Below the pieces are notes generated by a model. The model made no database searches, was not told the origin of the DNA, and saw only the letters and a program-made list of their open reading frames with translations. Source: Dimorphilus gyrociliatus (taxonomy: Eukaryota; Animalia; Annelida). Taken from it: a stretch of 64,000 nucleotides of DNA. Within the stretch, counting starts at the first letter, position 1, and each line of letters starts with the position of its first letter. Location of the stretch: NCBI GenBank assembly GCA_904063045.1, contig CAJFCJ010000019.1, forward strand, positions 496,001-560,000, in the 5' to 3' direction. Shown here one piece after another: positions 24,768-37,692 of the stretch. Both the position numbers and the translations under genes were made by a program.

Positions 24768-25134
24768 TGAAAAATTAAGAAATTATTGTTGAAAATGCTC
24801 AATAAGAAGAAAATGTGTCTCACTTACTTCTCTTCGCAATTAACTCTTTTGAGCGAAGATCTCTCATGATATATCTTATATATATATATATTTATATTTA
24901 TTTATAGCTTGATATATTCACAGTTTTATAATATTCTTTTGGTTATATTGAATACATAAATAAGAATGTAAGGGATAGTAAAAAGTATATACAAATTTGC
25001 GTATCGATGTAAGTGTTAAGATTTAAAAAATGTGCAATTTCAACCTAACGTGTCCTTAGTTGTTTATCAAAAAAGCACGCTTGTATACGACGCCGCCTAT
25101 TTTTCTGTATTTTCTATTGTCATTCTCTCTCGAG

Positions 25135-28100
25135 ATGCTCTTCCTATTTTTCTGCTTAATAATTTCTGTACAGAGCCAACCTGTAGACGATGATAAAGGT
25201 AATTCGTAAATATAGCTGTCTTTCAGCCTTCTACTCCTTCTTACATTTTATTGCATCGTTTAGATTGCAAAATTGGTGAAATTATAAAAAAACACGGTAC
25301 TACTTGGTTAGAAAATGAATCTGATCCCTGTGGTGAATGTGCCTGTATTGAAGGAGAAATAACTTGCTATAAAATAGCTTGTCCTTCTCTTTCATGTAGT
25401 TTAACGTACGTTCCAAAGGGACAATGCTGTCCAAAGTGTGTTGAAGAGGCTGAGGAAAATGTAAGAATGTCTAAAACTTTTTTGACATGATAAAATCAAT
25501 CAAATTTGTAGGATTTAAGAGGTCCACCAGGATCTCCAGGTCGACAGGGGCTGAGAGGAGATCCAGGCATCAATGGAAGAAGTGGTATTCCTGGTACTCC
25601 GGGTTCTCCTGGTCCAACCAGTCCTGTAAGTTATCAAAAGATGACATAACTTCGTTTCTAAAGTAATAAAATTGCGAAATTGTAGACGGTTAGCACATAT
25701 ATGGACTCTATAAGACGAAGAGCTGCAGAAAAATCGGGAGGTCTTGCTAATTTAGACTTTGTTCAAGGACAAGTTGGTCCTATGGGCCCAAGAGGAGCTC
25801 CAGGCTTACCAGGTCCTCCAGGACCCCAGGGTTATCAGGGTGTTCGAGGAGAGGCTGGAGAAACAGGCCCACCAGGATTACCAGGCCCTCATGGTCCAAG
25901 AGGATTGCAAGGACCTCCAGGAAAGGATGGAGAAGATGGCAAGGACGGAGAACAGGGTAAATCAGGAATAAGGGGACAGCCAGTTAGTAAACAAAGCTTG
26001 ACAATTAAAAAATCACTAAATTTCTTACAATTTAAAGGGACCAAGAGGTATGCAGGGAATACCCGGTCAACAAGGATCAAAAGGTGATAGGGTAAGTTGG
26101 ATTAGGACTAGTCGTACTTTTGATATAAGACGAGGAAATCATACTAGGGATACACTGGATTGAGAGGAGCGAAGGGCGAACAAGGGCCTTCTGGAGAAAA
26201 AGGTCCCCCAGGTCCATCTGGTCCAACTGGTCAACAAGGATTGCAGGGCCAAAGAGGTCTTCGAGGTGAAAGAGGAATGGATGGAAAACCAGGGCCTAGG
26301 GTACATCAGAACGAAATTTTCATTTAAGACTTATAACAACAAATGAATTATAACATGTTAGGGTCTTAGAGGAGTCGATGGCGTACCGGGTGAAAGAGGT
26401 TCTCCTGGTGAACCTGGTATTAGAGGCCCTCCAGGTTTTCCTGGCTCGGCTGGAAGTAAAGGTGACATTGGTCCAATTGGGTTAAAGGGAGCAAGGGGTC
26501 TTCAAGGACCAAGAGGACTGAATGGAAAACCAGGTGAACCTGGAAAAACAGGACAAAGAGGAGAACCTGGAAAAGATGGTATAGCAGGGGAGAAGGGTCA
26601 GAGGGTATGAAATGAACTTTATAAATACTGCGCTACAAACAATTGTTTTTTTAGGGTGAAACGGGCATGGTTGGAGCACCAGGTTTTCCAGGAGCTAGAG
26701 GTGTTCCAGGGGCTATAGGTGAACCAGGTAAACGAGGCTTGAAAGGAGAAACGGGAATGCAAGGACAGGTCGGTACAAAAGGATCCAAAGGAGACAGAGG
26801 ATTAGTGGGCGCCCAAGGAATCGTAGGTTCTAAAGGTAACCAAGGACAGCCAGGGAAAAGAGGGCTTTCGGGCGAAAGAGGTCCAATTGGTCCACAGGGT
26901 GCTCCTGGAGCTAAAGGCCCACCTGGAGAAAGAGGGCAACAGGGACTTGTTGGTCCCCATGGAACGCCTGGTAATCCTGGAGATAGGGGACTTCCTGGAA
27001 AAGACGGAGAACCGGGTCCACAAGTATTTCATTAGCTAATATTCAACAAGATAATATGCTTCTTACTTCATATTTCAGGGAGATCAAGGAAAGCCTGGTC
27101 CAGTTGGTCTTCCCGGATTGAGGGTATGTTTTGCAGTCAGTGTTAACAATTCTTTTTTAAATGAAGAATATATTTTAGGGTTTGCCCGGTCGCGTCGGAC
27201 CTGTAGGTAAACAGGGTGAAGAAGGACCACAAGGTCTTCCAGGAGCTGACGGAAAGCAGGGAGAGGCAGGACCTCCAGGTCCTCAAGGATTAAATGGTTT
27301 GCAAGGCATTAGAGGTCCTAAAGGTCCTCAAGGTCCATCTGGAGCAGATGGAAAAAATGGAAGACCTGGTATTAGAGGTCCTCCTGGAAGCAGAGGTAAA
27401 GCTGGTGAACATGGATTACAAGGTCAACCAGGCCCTCCAGGGGAAAGTGGAGAAAAAGGATCAAGAGGACCAAAAGGACCTGCAGGATTTCCAGGTTTAA
27501 CTGGAAAGCCAGGGGTGAAAGGTCAGAGAGGATCTGTGGGAGAGTCTGGACCGCCTGGTCCAGCTGGTAAAGAAGGTCCCACAGGACCAAGAGTGAGTAT
27601 CTGGATGCAATTGAAAGTTATAATGTAATGTTTACAAAGTTCTAAAAGTTCTAACGATATTTGTATAGGGTGAAAGAGGGCCTCAAGGAGAAAGAGGCCC
27701 AAGAGGAACTAGAGGAATACCAGGAGAAGTTGGACCAGTTGGTGAGAGAGGACAAGATGGTATACCAGGTATGGCGGGAAAAACAGGTGCAAAAGGATCT
27801 CCAGGACAGCCTGGTTTAATAGTATGCCTCAAATATAAAAACTTACAACAAATATTGACATTAATTTTACGATAGGGTATGCCTGGCGAGAGGGGAGCCA
27901 AAGGTGAAGGGGGCAGTAAAGGGAGCCGGGTATGTAAACAAAAATTCTGCAAAGAATAATATTTTATGACTACGATTATATTACAGGGAGATCCAGGAGA
28001 AAAAGGCCAAAAGGGATCGTTAGGTAGAACGGGTCCAGCTGTTAGTAATTAATAAAAAAATTCCATTGCCCTAATTAAAGAGATCAAATATTTTTCTTTA

Positions 28101-30537
28101 GGGAAGGAGTGGTTTGAGAGGTTTACCAGGGTTGCCAGGGTCAGCTGCTGCCAAAGGTGATAGGGGTGATACAGGCAAACAAGGAGAAACAGGTGCAACT
28201 GGAGAGCCCGGTAGAAGAGGTCTTACTGGGCCCCCAGGACCTACTGGACTCCCCGGTCTTCAGGGACCGGTCGGTCCAAATGGGCCAAAAGGCGATCAAG
28301 GGTCACTAGGTTCGGAAAAAAATTTATAAACAACAATAATTTAAAAATTTCCTTCACCTAGGTGAACCTGGAAAACCTGGTCCAATGGGAGAACAAGGAA
28401 ATCCAGGACGAAGAGGAATACCTGGAATGAAGGGTGTTAAAGGAGGAAAAGGATCTCAAGGAGATACAGGAAAATCTGGTGAGCCTGGTATTAGAGGATT
28501 ACGAGGGCCTGTCGGAAAAGAAGGGGAAAGGGGTCCTACTGGCCCGATAGGGCCGGTTGGCCGTCCCGGACCAAAAGGATCAAAGGGAGAAAGGGGTAGC
28601 ATTGGACAGCCTGGTCTTCAAGGAAGTTCTGGCGTGCCTGGACCCGCTGGAAGGCCAGGAGACAAAGGTTCTAGAGGAACTGATGGTAAAATAGGACCAA
28701 CTGGTGAGCGTGGACTACCTGGACCTACTGGTCATAAAGGTCCAAGTGGGTTACCTGGTCAAAGAGGTGATATGGGCCCTATTGGTCGACCAGGTCCGAA
28801 GGGTGAAGCTGGTGTGAGAGGTTATCCAGGTGTTCCGGGTGAGAAAGGTATGCAAGGCCCTCCAGGGCAGATAGGATTGCAGGGTGTCAGAGGCCCATCA
28901 GGAAAAGAAGTAAAATTTTTAAATATCCCAAAACCCTACAATAAATATTTATTTTTACAAGGGCTTATCTGGACCTCAAGGCCTACCAGGAGTTCCTGGA
29001 AAAACTGGAGATAGAGGTTCACCGGGTGAAATTGGACCTCCCGGCCACCCAGGACAGGCAGGACTTCCTGGTCAAAGTGGTCCACCAGGTCTTACTGGTC
29101 AAGCTGGACAAAAGGGAGAAAAAGGCGTATCAGGACCTAAAGGTGTTCAAGGACCAGTTGGAGTTCAAGGTATTGCTGGGCCAAGAGGACATCAAGGAGT
29201 GAAAGGAGATAAAGGAATGAGAGGAGTTAAGGGCGATAAAGGCCATATTGGGCTTCCGGGTTTACAGGGTCCACCAGGAACAACAGTTAGTTAGATTAAA
29301 CTATACTTTTATACTTGAATAACAATCTCAACGCATTATTCAGGGTATTCCGGGTGAGCTAGGGCCTAAAGGTGAAAAAGGAGAATCAGGAATTCAGGTT
29401 TCATCGCTATTGTTTAAGTGTAGATCCTTGATTAATATAATTTTATCTCCAGGGTGAAAGAGGTGTAAGGGGTGAAACAGGTCTGCCTGGTGCTGATGGT
29501 CGGCCAGGACCGCCTGGAGAGGTAGGGCCAAAAGGATCATCTGGCGACGATGGATTGAGAGTAAATATATACACATTATTCTAGAGATAGATAAAGTGAA
29601 AGTATATGTATTGTTTTAGGGCTATTCAGGACCACCTGGACCACCTGGACCACCAGTAAGGCTATAATTACTGCATTCGAGGCGAACAATAACGTTTACC
29701 TTTTTATTAGGGACCACCTGGACCAGCTATGTGGGCTGACGTTCTAAGACGTCCAAAGGGACCAGATCCCTTACAGGCGTCAGCGACAAATGGAGAATCG
29801 GCATTAGAGGCACTAGAAAGAATAAAGAGATCGATAGCAACAATAGCCGATCCTGATGGATCGAAAGGGGCTCCTGCAAAAAGCTGCAAAGATATCGCCT
29901 TGTCCTATCCGGATTCTAAAGATGGGACTTACTGGGTCGATCCCAATTCTGGAAGTTCAGAGGATGCAATCCAAGTCTACTGCCATATGCAATTAAATCA
30001 GACTTGTTTCCATTCAATCAATAAAGAAGTATAAATATCGTTTAAAAAAAAAAGCCTATTAATAACGTTTACATTTAATTCTGTTTTTAGATCTTTACTG
30101 ACAAATTTTCACCTAGAGATAAGAAAGGAAGCGAAGATAAACTTTGGCTGAGCGAAGAAATAGGAGAAGAGATTGCGTACGATTTGAATAAGATGCAAAT
30201 GGTGTTTTTGCAATTATCTAGTACAAAAGCATCCCAGAATATAACAATTCATTGTAAAAATACTATAGCTTTTTACGATAAAAAGAAGAAGCATCACGAT
30301 TTAGCAACAACTTTCTTATCTTCAAATGATCAAGAATATTCACCTAGGAATATTTTATATAATTACGCGGTAAATTTGGACGATTGTCGTGAAAAGGACG
30401 ATAAATGGAGGAAGACGTTGTTTGAATTTAATACCAAGAAGACGAGACGACTTCCAATCGTTGATATATCTGTATCGGATTTCGGAGAAGACGATCAAAG
30501 TTTCTATGTAGAAATTGGTCCTGTATGTTTCTCATGA
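25135..30537 (+). CDS. Fibrillar collagen alpha chain (signal peptide, VWC N-propeptide, minor and major Gly-X-Y helices, COLFI C-propeptide), many exons
   Basis: [16 protein letters not shown] signal; VWC CKIGE...[14 protein letters not shown]...CCPKC; long Gly-X-Y exons; [18 protein letters not shown]...YWVDPN...[11 protein letters not shown]...RLPIVD...IGPVCFS*. Confidence 0.95.
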
Positions 30538-31230
30538 TCTTTTTAATTTTATAAATAGTTTCATAGTCCTATTCGATTTGTAGTATAAACATTAAATATA
30601 GACGTCTTGTATTTGTCTATATACAATGCCTGTATACTGTATTTATAAGTAACCTATAAACAAAGTACGTATAATAAAATATCATGAATATTCATATACA
30701 ATAGTGATGTATACATTCGAATGAACAGTGGCCAAATAAACAAAAAGGGCAACCTAAAATGATAAGAATGAAAAAAATGTCGGTCATGCGTATTATGTAT
30801 TTGGGTCTGTTTTATTTAGGTCTAAGAATCTATTTACGTATAGGGTTTCCTGTTAAAGAATAGAAAATACAATTCCGCCTATATAGGTGGCGCCAAAAAG
30901 TTAACTAGTTTTTAAACGCAACTTGAAGCTTTTGCCCCTTAAATGACATTTGCCCGCTTTTGAGCGGAAGTATCAGTATAATAGAACTATTATTATCATT
31001 ATACATTCGATTTTAGAAACTGTATATACTTTTTATTTATCTTAAATCATTATGCAGCATGCATGAAAAAAAGAAACATGTGTTCAAACTCACATGCATA
31101 TCACGTAATTTAGTTACTTTTACTTAAAAATATAAAGATAGATTGCAAGTCACTTTTTCTTTTCTATTCAAGCAAAATTGAACGTTCATTCCATAGTCAA
31201 TTCTATTCTCATTTCGTCTTTATGCAATAA

Positions 31231-31830
31231 ATGGATTCTCGTGATAAAAATATCTATAATGAGTACTTCATAAGTGAACCTTCAGTAACCGACAACCAGG
31301 AATTGAATGATATAGATTTTGACATTAACTGGTATTGGACCGATTACCAGCAAACCGAGTATTACGAAGATGAAAATGGGAAAAAGTCAACTAGGAAAGT
31401 CTCTCAGAGACAGGCGGCAAATATGAGGGAGAGGAAGAGAATGAGGACGATTAATGATGCGTTTGAAGGCCTTAGGGCCAAGGTTCCATTTGCGAACGAT
31501 AGCGAAAAGAAATTATCAAAAGTAGACACGCTAAGATTAGCCGTCCAATATATTCAGCATTTAGCAAACGTCTTAGAGTCTTGCGGCGTCTCTACGGCGA
31601 GTAAAAGAAAAAGAATGGGAGAATCGAATGGAAAAGTTATACTAAAATGTTCAACAAATAATATGTCACCATTGCCGGATTCTCTACTGAGTCAGCCTGT
31701 TTACGGACATTCCTTATCTTGGAATATCGAAAATCAACAGTTCAAGAAGAGGAAAAAATTTTCAGCTCAAATATGGATTCCTTATCAGATTAACGCCCAA
31801 GAACAAGCAGAATTATCAAGTGATTTTTAA
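31231..31830 (+). CDS. PTF1A: PTF1A/Fer1-type bHLH transcription factor, single exon
   Basis: b[27 protein letters not shown]...[19 protein letters not shown] plus the two PTF1A-diagnostic C-terminal Trp motifs GHSLSW and AQIWIP. Confidence 0.85.
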   Translation: MDSRDKNIYNEYFISEPSVTDNQELNDIDFDINWYWTDYQQTEYYEDENGKKSTRKVSQRQAANMRERKRMRTINDAFEGLRAKVPFANDSEKKLSKVDTLRLAVQYIQHLANVLESCGVSTASKRKRMGESNGKVILKCSTNNMSPLPDSLLSQPVYGHSLSWNIENQQFKKRKKFSAQIWIPYQINAQEQAELSSDF

Positions 31831-32107
31831 ACCAAAAAAATACAAACTAAAACTTTATTCAGTTTTTGAACTCTAGGCTAATAGTTTAGCCTAAAATAAA
31901 TTACTGCGAACTAGATAAAAGCCACAGCCTTCGAGATAAACGCTTCAATTATTCATTTTAATAGGCTACATTACAATATAACATATTTAAATCAGTTTTT
32001 ATTCTATTCGATCGACCAATCATTAAGCGCCTAACATCAAATAGAATCTAAAGACTTGACAAGTTGAAAAAAAAATGCAAAAGAAGGGGAAGAAAAATAA
32101 TAATAAC

Positions 32108-32146
32108 ATATTTATATATATATATATATATATTATATTTATATAT
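32108..32146. repeat. (TA)n microsatellite
   Basis: Visible TA run. Confidence 0.8.
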
Positions 32147-32428
32147 AAAACATCTAGAATTAATATAATCCTTCTACAGTCTAAATTGAATATTTGTTTT
32201 CATTATTTGGAAAAGAACATACAGTGTACATGTATCGAGATATTTGTTATTATTCTGTCTATTATAAGCTTAATTCATCTAGCGACTAAACCCTGCTAAT
32301 TATTTTATAGCTAAATTATTGAAAACAATTTACTATAATTGATTAGATAAAAGTAAACAAGTGACTAGAAGTCCAATATACTAAATAATAATAGAAATCA
32401 CCGGTTTTTTTTTGTGTGCAAAATAATA

Positions 32429-32483
32429 AGAGAGAGAAAGAAAGAGAAGAAAGAGAGAGAGAGAGAGAGAGGGAGATATATAT
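32429..32483. repeat. (GA)n/GAAA purine-rich microsatellite downstream of the LC3 stop
   Basis: Visible AG/GA run. Confidence 0.8.
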
Positions 32484-32730
32484 AGAAAAGGCAAAAAATC
32501 TAATGAATTTATCTTCTTCATTTTTTTTTGTGTGTTGCAAATATATAAGTATACTTCTTGTTGTAGTTTTCTCTTCTTCGTTACCAACAACAAATTTCCC
32601 ATTGTCATCGCCAACGTTATTTTAAACTGTTACTTTTTTTTGAATATCTCTGCCAAAAATAAAATCAATAAGATAATAAATTGATTTTTTTTTTAAAAAA
32701 AAATACTTTACTCTTTTTTTTATTTTTTTT

Positions 32731-33646
32731 TCAGCCAAACATCTCTTGAGCAGCATAGGTTACATATAAAAAACCGTCGGCGTCCTTATTTGTTAAGTAT
32801 ACTTCGTGTATTGTTGCAGTTAGTGACGCCATATTATTGTTGTTCACCAAAAGGAAGAAAGCTTGAGACGACCGCAACTTCATCCGATTTCTGTCCAAGG
32901 TCGTGAACTTTGAATGAACCTAAGCGTGTCTAGACAACTACGATTTGTCCTACGTTAGTGACGCGCACGTAAAATTTTTCCCGTTTCGATTAACCTTATT
33001 TAAAAGTAACCTTTGGATAATCCCTATTATACGTTAATTCTATTTACCTTATTACGCCCAAAAACTGTGACATTGTAACTTCTTGTGGAACTAGGAATTT
33101 GGTCTTGGTTAACGACGGTAGGTTCTTTTCTCTCGAATATCTTTCGACAATCACCTGCAAATATTGCGCAATATGTAGGCGAAAATGAGGTAACTTCTTA
33201 ACCCGCTAATCATTGTCTTTTAAAGATAAGTCCGATTTTATCTATATATAGATTTGGTCATTGTTTACAAACAAGTCTATGCAATTAGCATTCAATTTGA
33301 GCAATAGTTGACAAAGGTCAAAGTTTAAACAAACAGTCCTAACGTCTTTTTTGTCTCCAAAAGAAACAAATTATTGATAGAAACATTCTAAAGATTTTAC
33401 ATACCGGCACTTTGCTTGGGAATTTTTCACGAATTTTTAAAACTTCGTCCCTTCGTTCCTCTGTAATGATATTAAACAAAATATCGTCCGTCCAGAATGC
33501 AGATCAACGTAATTGCAACCGCTTCGGCTGTTCGCATGGTAAATATAGAACCTACCGAAGGACTTTTTACATTTGTATTTGCTCTTCTCTATTAAAACGG
33601 GTGGTGCCGACTTTTTCTGGAACATATTTTTTTCACCACGATCCAT
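32731..33646 (-). CDS. MAP1LC3: Atg8/LC3-family ubiquitin-like autophagy protein (LC3C/LGG-2-like), 4 exons (33646-33556, 33460-33405, 33154-33048, 32890-32731), 137 aa
   Basis: Spliced translation ...KKSF|EERRDEVLKIREKFPSKVP|VIVERYSREKNLPSLTKTKFLVPQEVTMSQFLGVIR|NRMKLRSSQAFFLLVNNNNMASLTATIHEVYLTNKDADGFLYVTYAAQEMFG*. All junctions are GT-AG and in frame. Not recovered by the ORF track. Confidence 0.92.
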
Positions 33647-34116
33647 TCAACGGCATTAGCTTGAGTGGCACAAGTCTTGTCAATATTGCTCTACGCTTAT
33701 TGGTCAGTTGCTATTTTCCTCCAATCTACTCACAGCTCTCTTACGTAATCGATTTAAAATTAACGTTCGCTAACTTCAAACAAAGCAGGAGTGCACGATT
33801 GCATAAATTTGTCCTTATAATTCCTTACATTTCATATATTGTCTTTATGACTTTTGAGTGCTATTAAATTAACCGCCCATAGAAAAATGTCTCTTTCGTT
33901 TCGCAAGTAATTAGAAACTGGTGAAAGTATTTAACACACGTTTTTCTTTAAACAATCTTCTATTTTCGTCCTTTGCCTATCTGCTTCATTCAAATAGACT
34001 TTCTAAAGGTATAAATAAAGCCAGCAGGACTTGGACGTAAACTTTGTATCAAATATCTTCTTGGATTAATAATAAACAGCATAGATAATACAACTACTCT
34101 AATATCACTCAGCAAT

Positions 34117-34802
34117 ATGAGCGAGAAAGTTCGACAAAAGAATTCTGATAAACAATTTCAGAAAGGTAATTTATATATAAACAAATAAATATCTTTTTAG
34201 TACAATGTTTTCTCAAAGCTAATGTCTTGTAATATTACAGGAAAGAATAAAATTCATAAAAAAGCTTATAAAAATCCTAAAGCATTCACTGGAAGTAGAG
34301 CGGAAGGTACTAAGAATTTAAGAATTTTTCATTAAATTCCCATTTTGTTGCAATCTATACATGTTTTATAGGTCAAGGGTTTGCTGATGTAAGAAAAAAG
34401 AAGGTTATGCGAGAATATTATAAAATGTTACGCAAGGAGAAAATAAATAAAGGGAGCAGCGAGACTGGTCGTGAAAAGAAGAAGAATCAGAAAAAGGAGA
34501 TTAGATTAAATAGTCCTGACACTATTTCCGACAAATCGGAAAAGATAAAGAATAAAAAATCAAAGAAGTCTTTATATAAACAAGTTCAAGAAGAGTATAA
34601 GAAGAAACAAGCTGATAAAAAAATAGAAGTGGAACGCGTGAGTAAAGAGAAAGTTGAACGTGAGAAAGCCATTCAAGACTATAAAGAAGTAAAGAGTAAA
34701 AAGTTTTCAAAATTGGCTAAAGTTAATTGGAAAGGTCAGCCTAATATGACAAGTCAAATGCACGTACTCTTAGATGAAATTGAACGAATGAAGAAGAAGT
34801 AA
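34117..34802 (+). CDS. CCDC59: CCDC59/TAP26 (rRNA-processing domain), 3 exons
   Basis: KNPKAFTGSRAEG|QGFADVRKKKVMREYYKMLRKE, a Lys/Glu-rich middle and C-terminal KGQPNMTSQMHVLLDEIE. Confidence 0.8.
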
Positions 34803-34989
34803 TAAGTCTAATCTATTGTTAAAAGGATTATTGAAAGAACGAAAAGATTATTAGCTATTTGCAGGAATATTTCTTTGAAATATGATAATACAATTAATAG
34901 GGAAATTTTTGTACAAAAAAAGAGAACAAAACGAGAAAAACAACAGTTCGGAACGATGGACTTCTTATGGTGTAAATCATATTCAATCC

Positions 34990-37088
34990 TTAATATTTTA
35001 TGTCACCTCGGCTTTTTTTGGCTTTTTCGGCGAGATTTTCAAAAAGCGCTCTCATTTGCTTAACATTGCCCCTTCCAGCAGTATCTAATTGTTCATCAGA
35101 TGTAGGAGGCTTGATTCTGCCGATTGTCAAGTTGATATCCTCTTCTTTTCTCAATTTAGATTCATCGTCTAAAAGCTCATTTGAGTCAAAAAGAGGATTG
35201 TAATGATCGACAGACACACTCTCGTCTCGGTCACTGTGATAATCGGTGGTTGGTGTTTGAGATTCTTCAATTTTACTTTCTGTGCCAATTGAGTCGGTTT
35301 CGTTACTTCCGTAGTCACTTGACGATATTGTCAATTCTAATGACGGTTTCAATTTTATAATTGGATCATCTATGTTCTCTCCGAATTCTTTTGGACACTC
35401 TTCAATTTCAATTTCGAATGCTTCATTGTCGAGAGGCTGTTCTTCAGGTTTCTCAATTTTACTAATAGACTCCTCTGAGGATTTTCCGACAGATATACTA
35501 TCCTCTTTTTCTGGCCCCTCAATATTGTTATTATCATCGCCTTCCACCATCCTCTCTAATTTGTCGCTTTTGGTAGAAATAATTTTCTCACTATCCAGGT
35601 TATATAAGTAATTATTATCCAAATCCTCTTCGGCCTCCGGAAGGTGAGCAACAACAGGAACTAGAATATCCCCCTCAAAGAGAAGTTTTGATGATCTACT
35701 TAGAGTTTTTCTCCGAATAGTATCAGTTGTCGAATCTCCAAATCCATCATATCCATTGGTATCTACACTAGAAACTATTTGAACAGGTGGAATATCTTCA
35801 TTGATAGTTCGGATGCTGCTGGAAGAAATGAGTAGTGACTCCCTGTTCTTTCTTCTCAACGTATGCTTCCTGTTTAAGTAAATAATTTTCAATGTACGAA
35901 TATAATATGACTAATAAACAACAATACATAAGGAAGTTCCTAACATGAAAAGGCAGGTTAACAAAAAAGGGACAATAAATAACTGAATAAAATGGGTAAG
36001 GGGAAGGAAGGAGTAATGATAAATCTTCATGCAGGAAGGAATCAAAAGCAATTTATATAATAATAAAATATATCTAAAATATGCACGACAAATATATAAC
36101 TCATGCTGCTACATTTATAGCAATCTTGTCTATATTTATACCTTTTTGTATAATTTTAATTTGGCTAAATGAACTAAAAGTTGTTGCCTGTATTTAATGG
36201 AATTTTGCTTAATTTTCACTAGAAATTCCTTACTATGTAATTTGTTTAATAATTCACTATTTAATATTATTAGTACGAACCTGTAGCATAGACAAATTAC
36301 AAGCAATAGGATGAATAGACCAACAGCAGCTCCAACTATTGCATAGATTACAGTATTCATTGATTTAGGTTCGCTTATAGCGAAGGGTGGTTGAATTGTT
36401 GGTGGAGATCCAAAAGTTGTTGTATCTTCGAATTCAATTGATGAATCACCAGAAAACACAGATGACTTGGTTGTTGAAAATTTGCTCATAGTTCCACTTG
36501 TTTCTTTTTCGTTTGAAGTTTTCGATGTTTCTTTATCATATTTTGTAGTTTGAAAAGATGCAGTCTCCAACGAAGTGAGAACTTGAGTTGAATGAATATT
36601 TGCCCTTGTAGTCTTTTCTTCAATGGTAGTTGTTCGAGTTGTTGTTGTTGGTTCAACAGTTGTTGTAAACGGGCAGGTTCTGTCGATTTCATTGTCATAA
36701 ATTACCGCTAAGCTAATATACGATGGATTTTCCATATGCCATATTGAACAGTTACAGCCTCCCTCTTCGACAGACGTTGTTTTGAGACTTTCATGAAAAT
36801 CTCGAAGCTTTTCATTTACCTAGAATAAATTAGAAAAGAGAACTTAAAGGAGAGTTGGCAGTAATTATTTTAATTAACAATACCCTTAAAGTTCCAGAGA
36901 ATATTTTCTCGAAATCAGGAAAAGGTGGAGGTCTTAAAAAATCGAATGTGCTCTCACCCTTTAAATTAAAAATTCAATTTCAAATTATATACATGATTGC
37001 TGAGTTATAATTAAAAACAATCAGAAATACTTACAGAAACCAATACTAGAAGATAAATTGTGCATATTCCAATGTACGTTCGTGACAT
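34990..37088 (-). CDS. Uncharacterised type I membrane protein: signal peptide, small Cys-containing ectodomain, Thr/Ser-rich stalk, TM, ~290-aa acidic cytoplasmic tail
   Basis: Exon 1 MSRTYIGICTIYLLVLVS|GTAAGT; then GESTFDFLRPPP...|VNEKLRD...CNCSIW...RTCPFTTTVEPTTTT...; TM VIYAIVGAAVGLFILLLVICLCY; stop-transfer R|KHTLRRK; tail is the 34990-35869 exon. Confidence 0.7.
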
Positions 37089-37692
37089 ATTTAATATTTT
37101 TGCGCTACAGATCGTTGCTTCAGATATGTGAAAAGAGAACTTAAAAAGAGTAGAATATGCAAAGAGATGTCTACAAAGCTTTTGATACGCTCAAATTGTC
37201 ATGAAAAGCCTTGTAGGTGCACTGAGTCAACAACGAGTTACTCTAAAGTAATACATTATCTTCTGATAAATTATTATTAGCTGATGCTTCTTAGTTCGCA
37301 GAGAAATATCCAATTCCTATCGATTGATTAAATTTAGTTTGTTTCAGTCGAGAGAGACGTAAGGAATTAATTACAAGTAGAGAGGTTGCTGGGAAACAGA
37401 AAGAGTTCGAACAAGAACCACTCTATCGCTTAAAAAAGAGTAAAATTACCAGTTTTCCTACAATCGTAAATCTATAGTAACACATGTTCTTAATCCAATC
37501 ATTTGGCAGCATGTTGCAAAATGAAATGTTTTCATGATCATAGTAAATGCTGAGTAAAATTATAGTTTATCAATAATTTCGTTTATTCTGAACTCCTTAA
37601 GTTTTGTCAAAAGAGTAAGTAATGGGATCTACTTTCGTGCAGATCATTTAAATCGAATATTTATAAACAAGCATTCTTTTAGAAGCAGTAAC

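Noticed and set aside
25701-29400. Alternate-frame and antisense ORFs across the collagen
   Set aside because: Expected by-products of GGN-rich Gly-X-Y codons, which lack stops in other frames.
33412-33867. 151-aa plus-strand ORF
   Set aside because: It lies antisense to LC3 exons 1-2 and their promoter, has non-protein-like composition and no motif.
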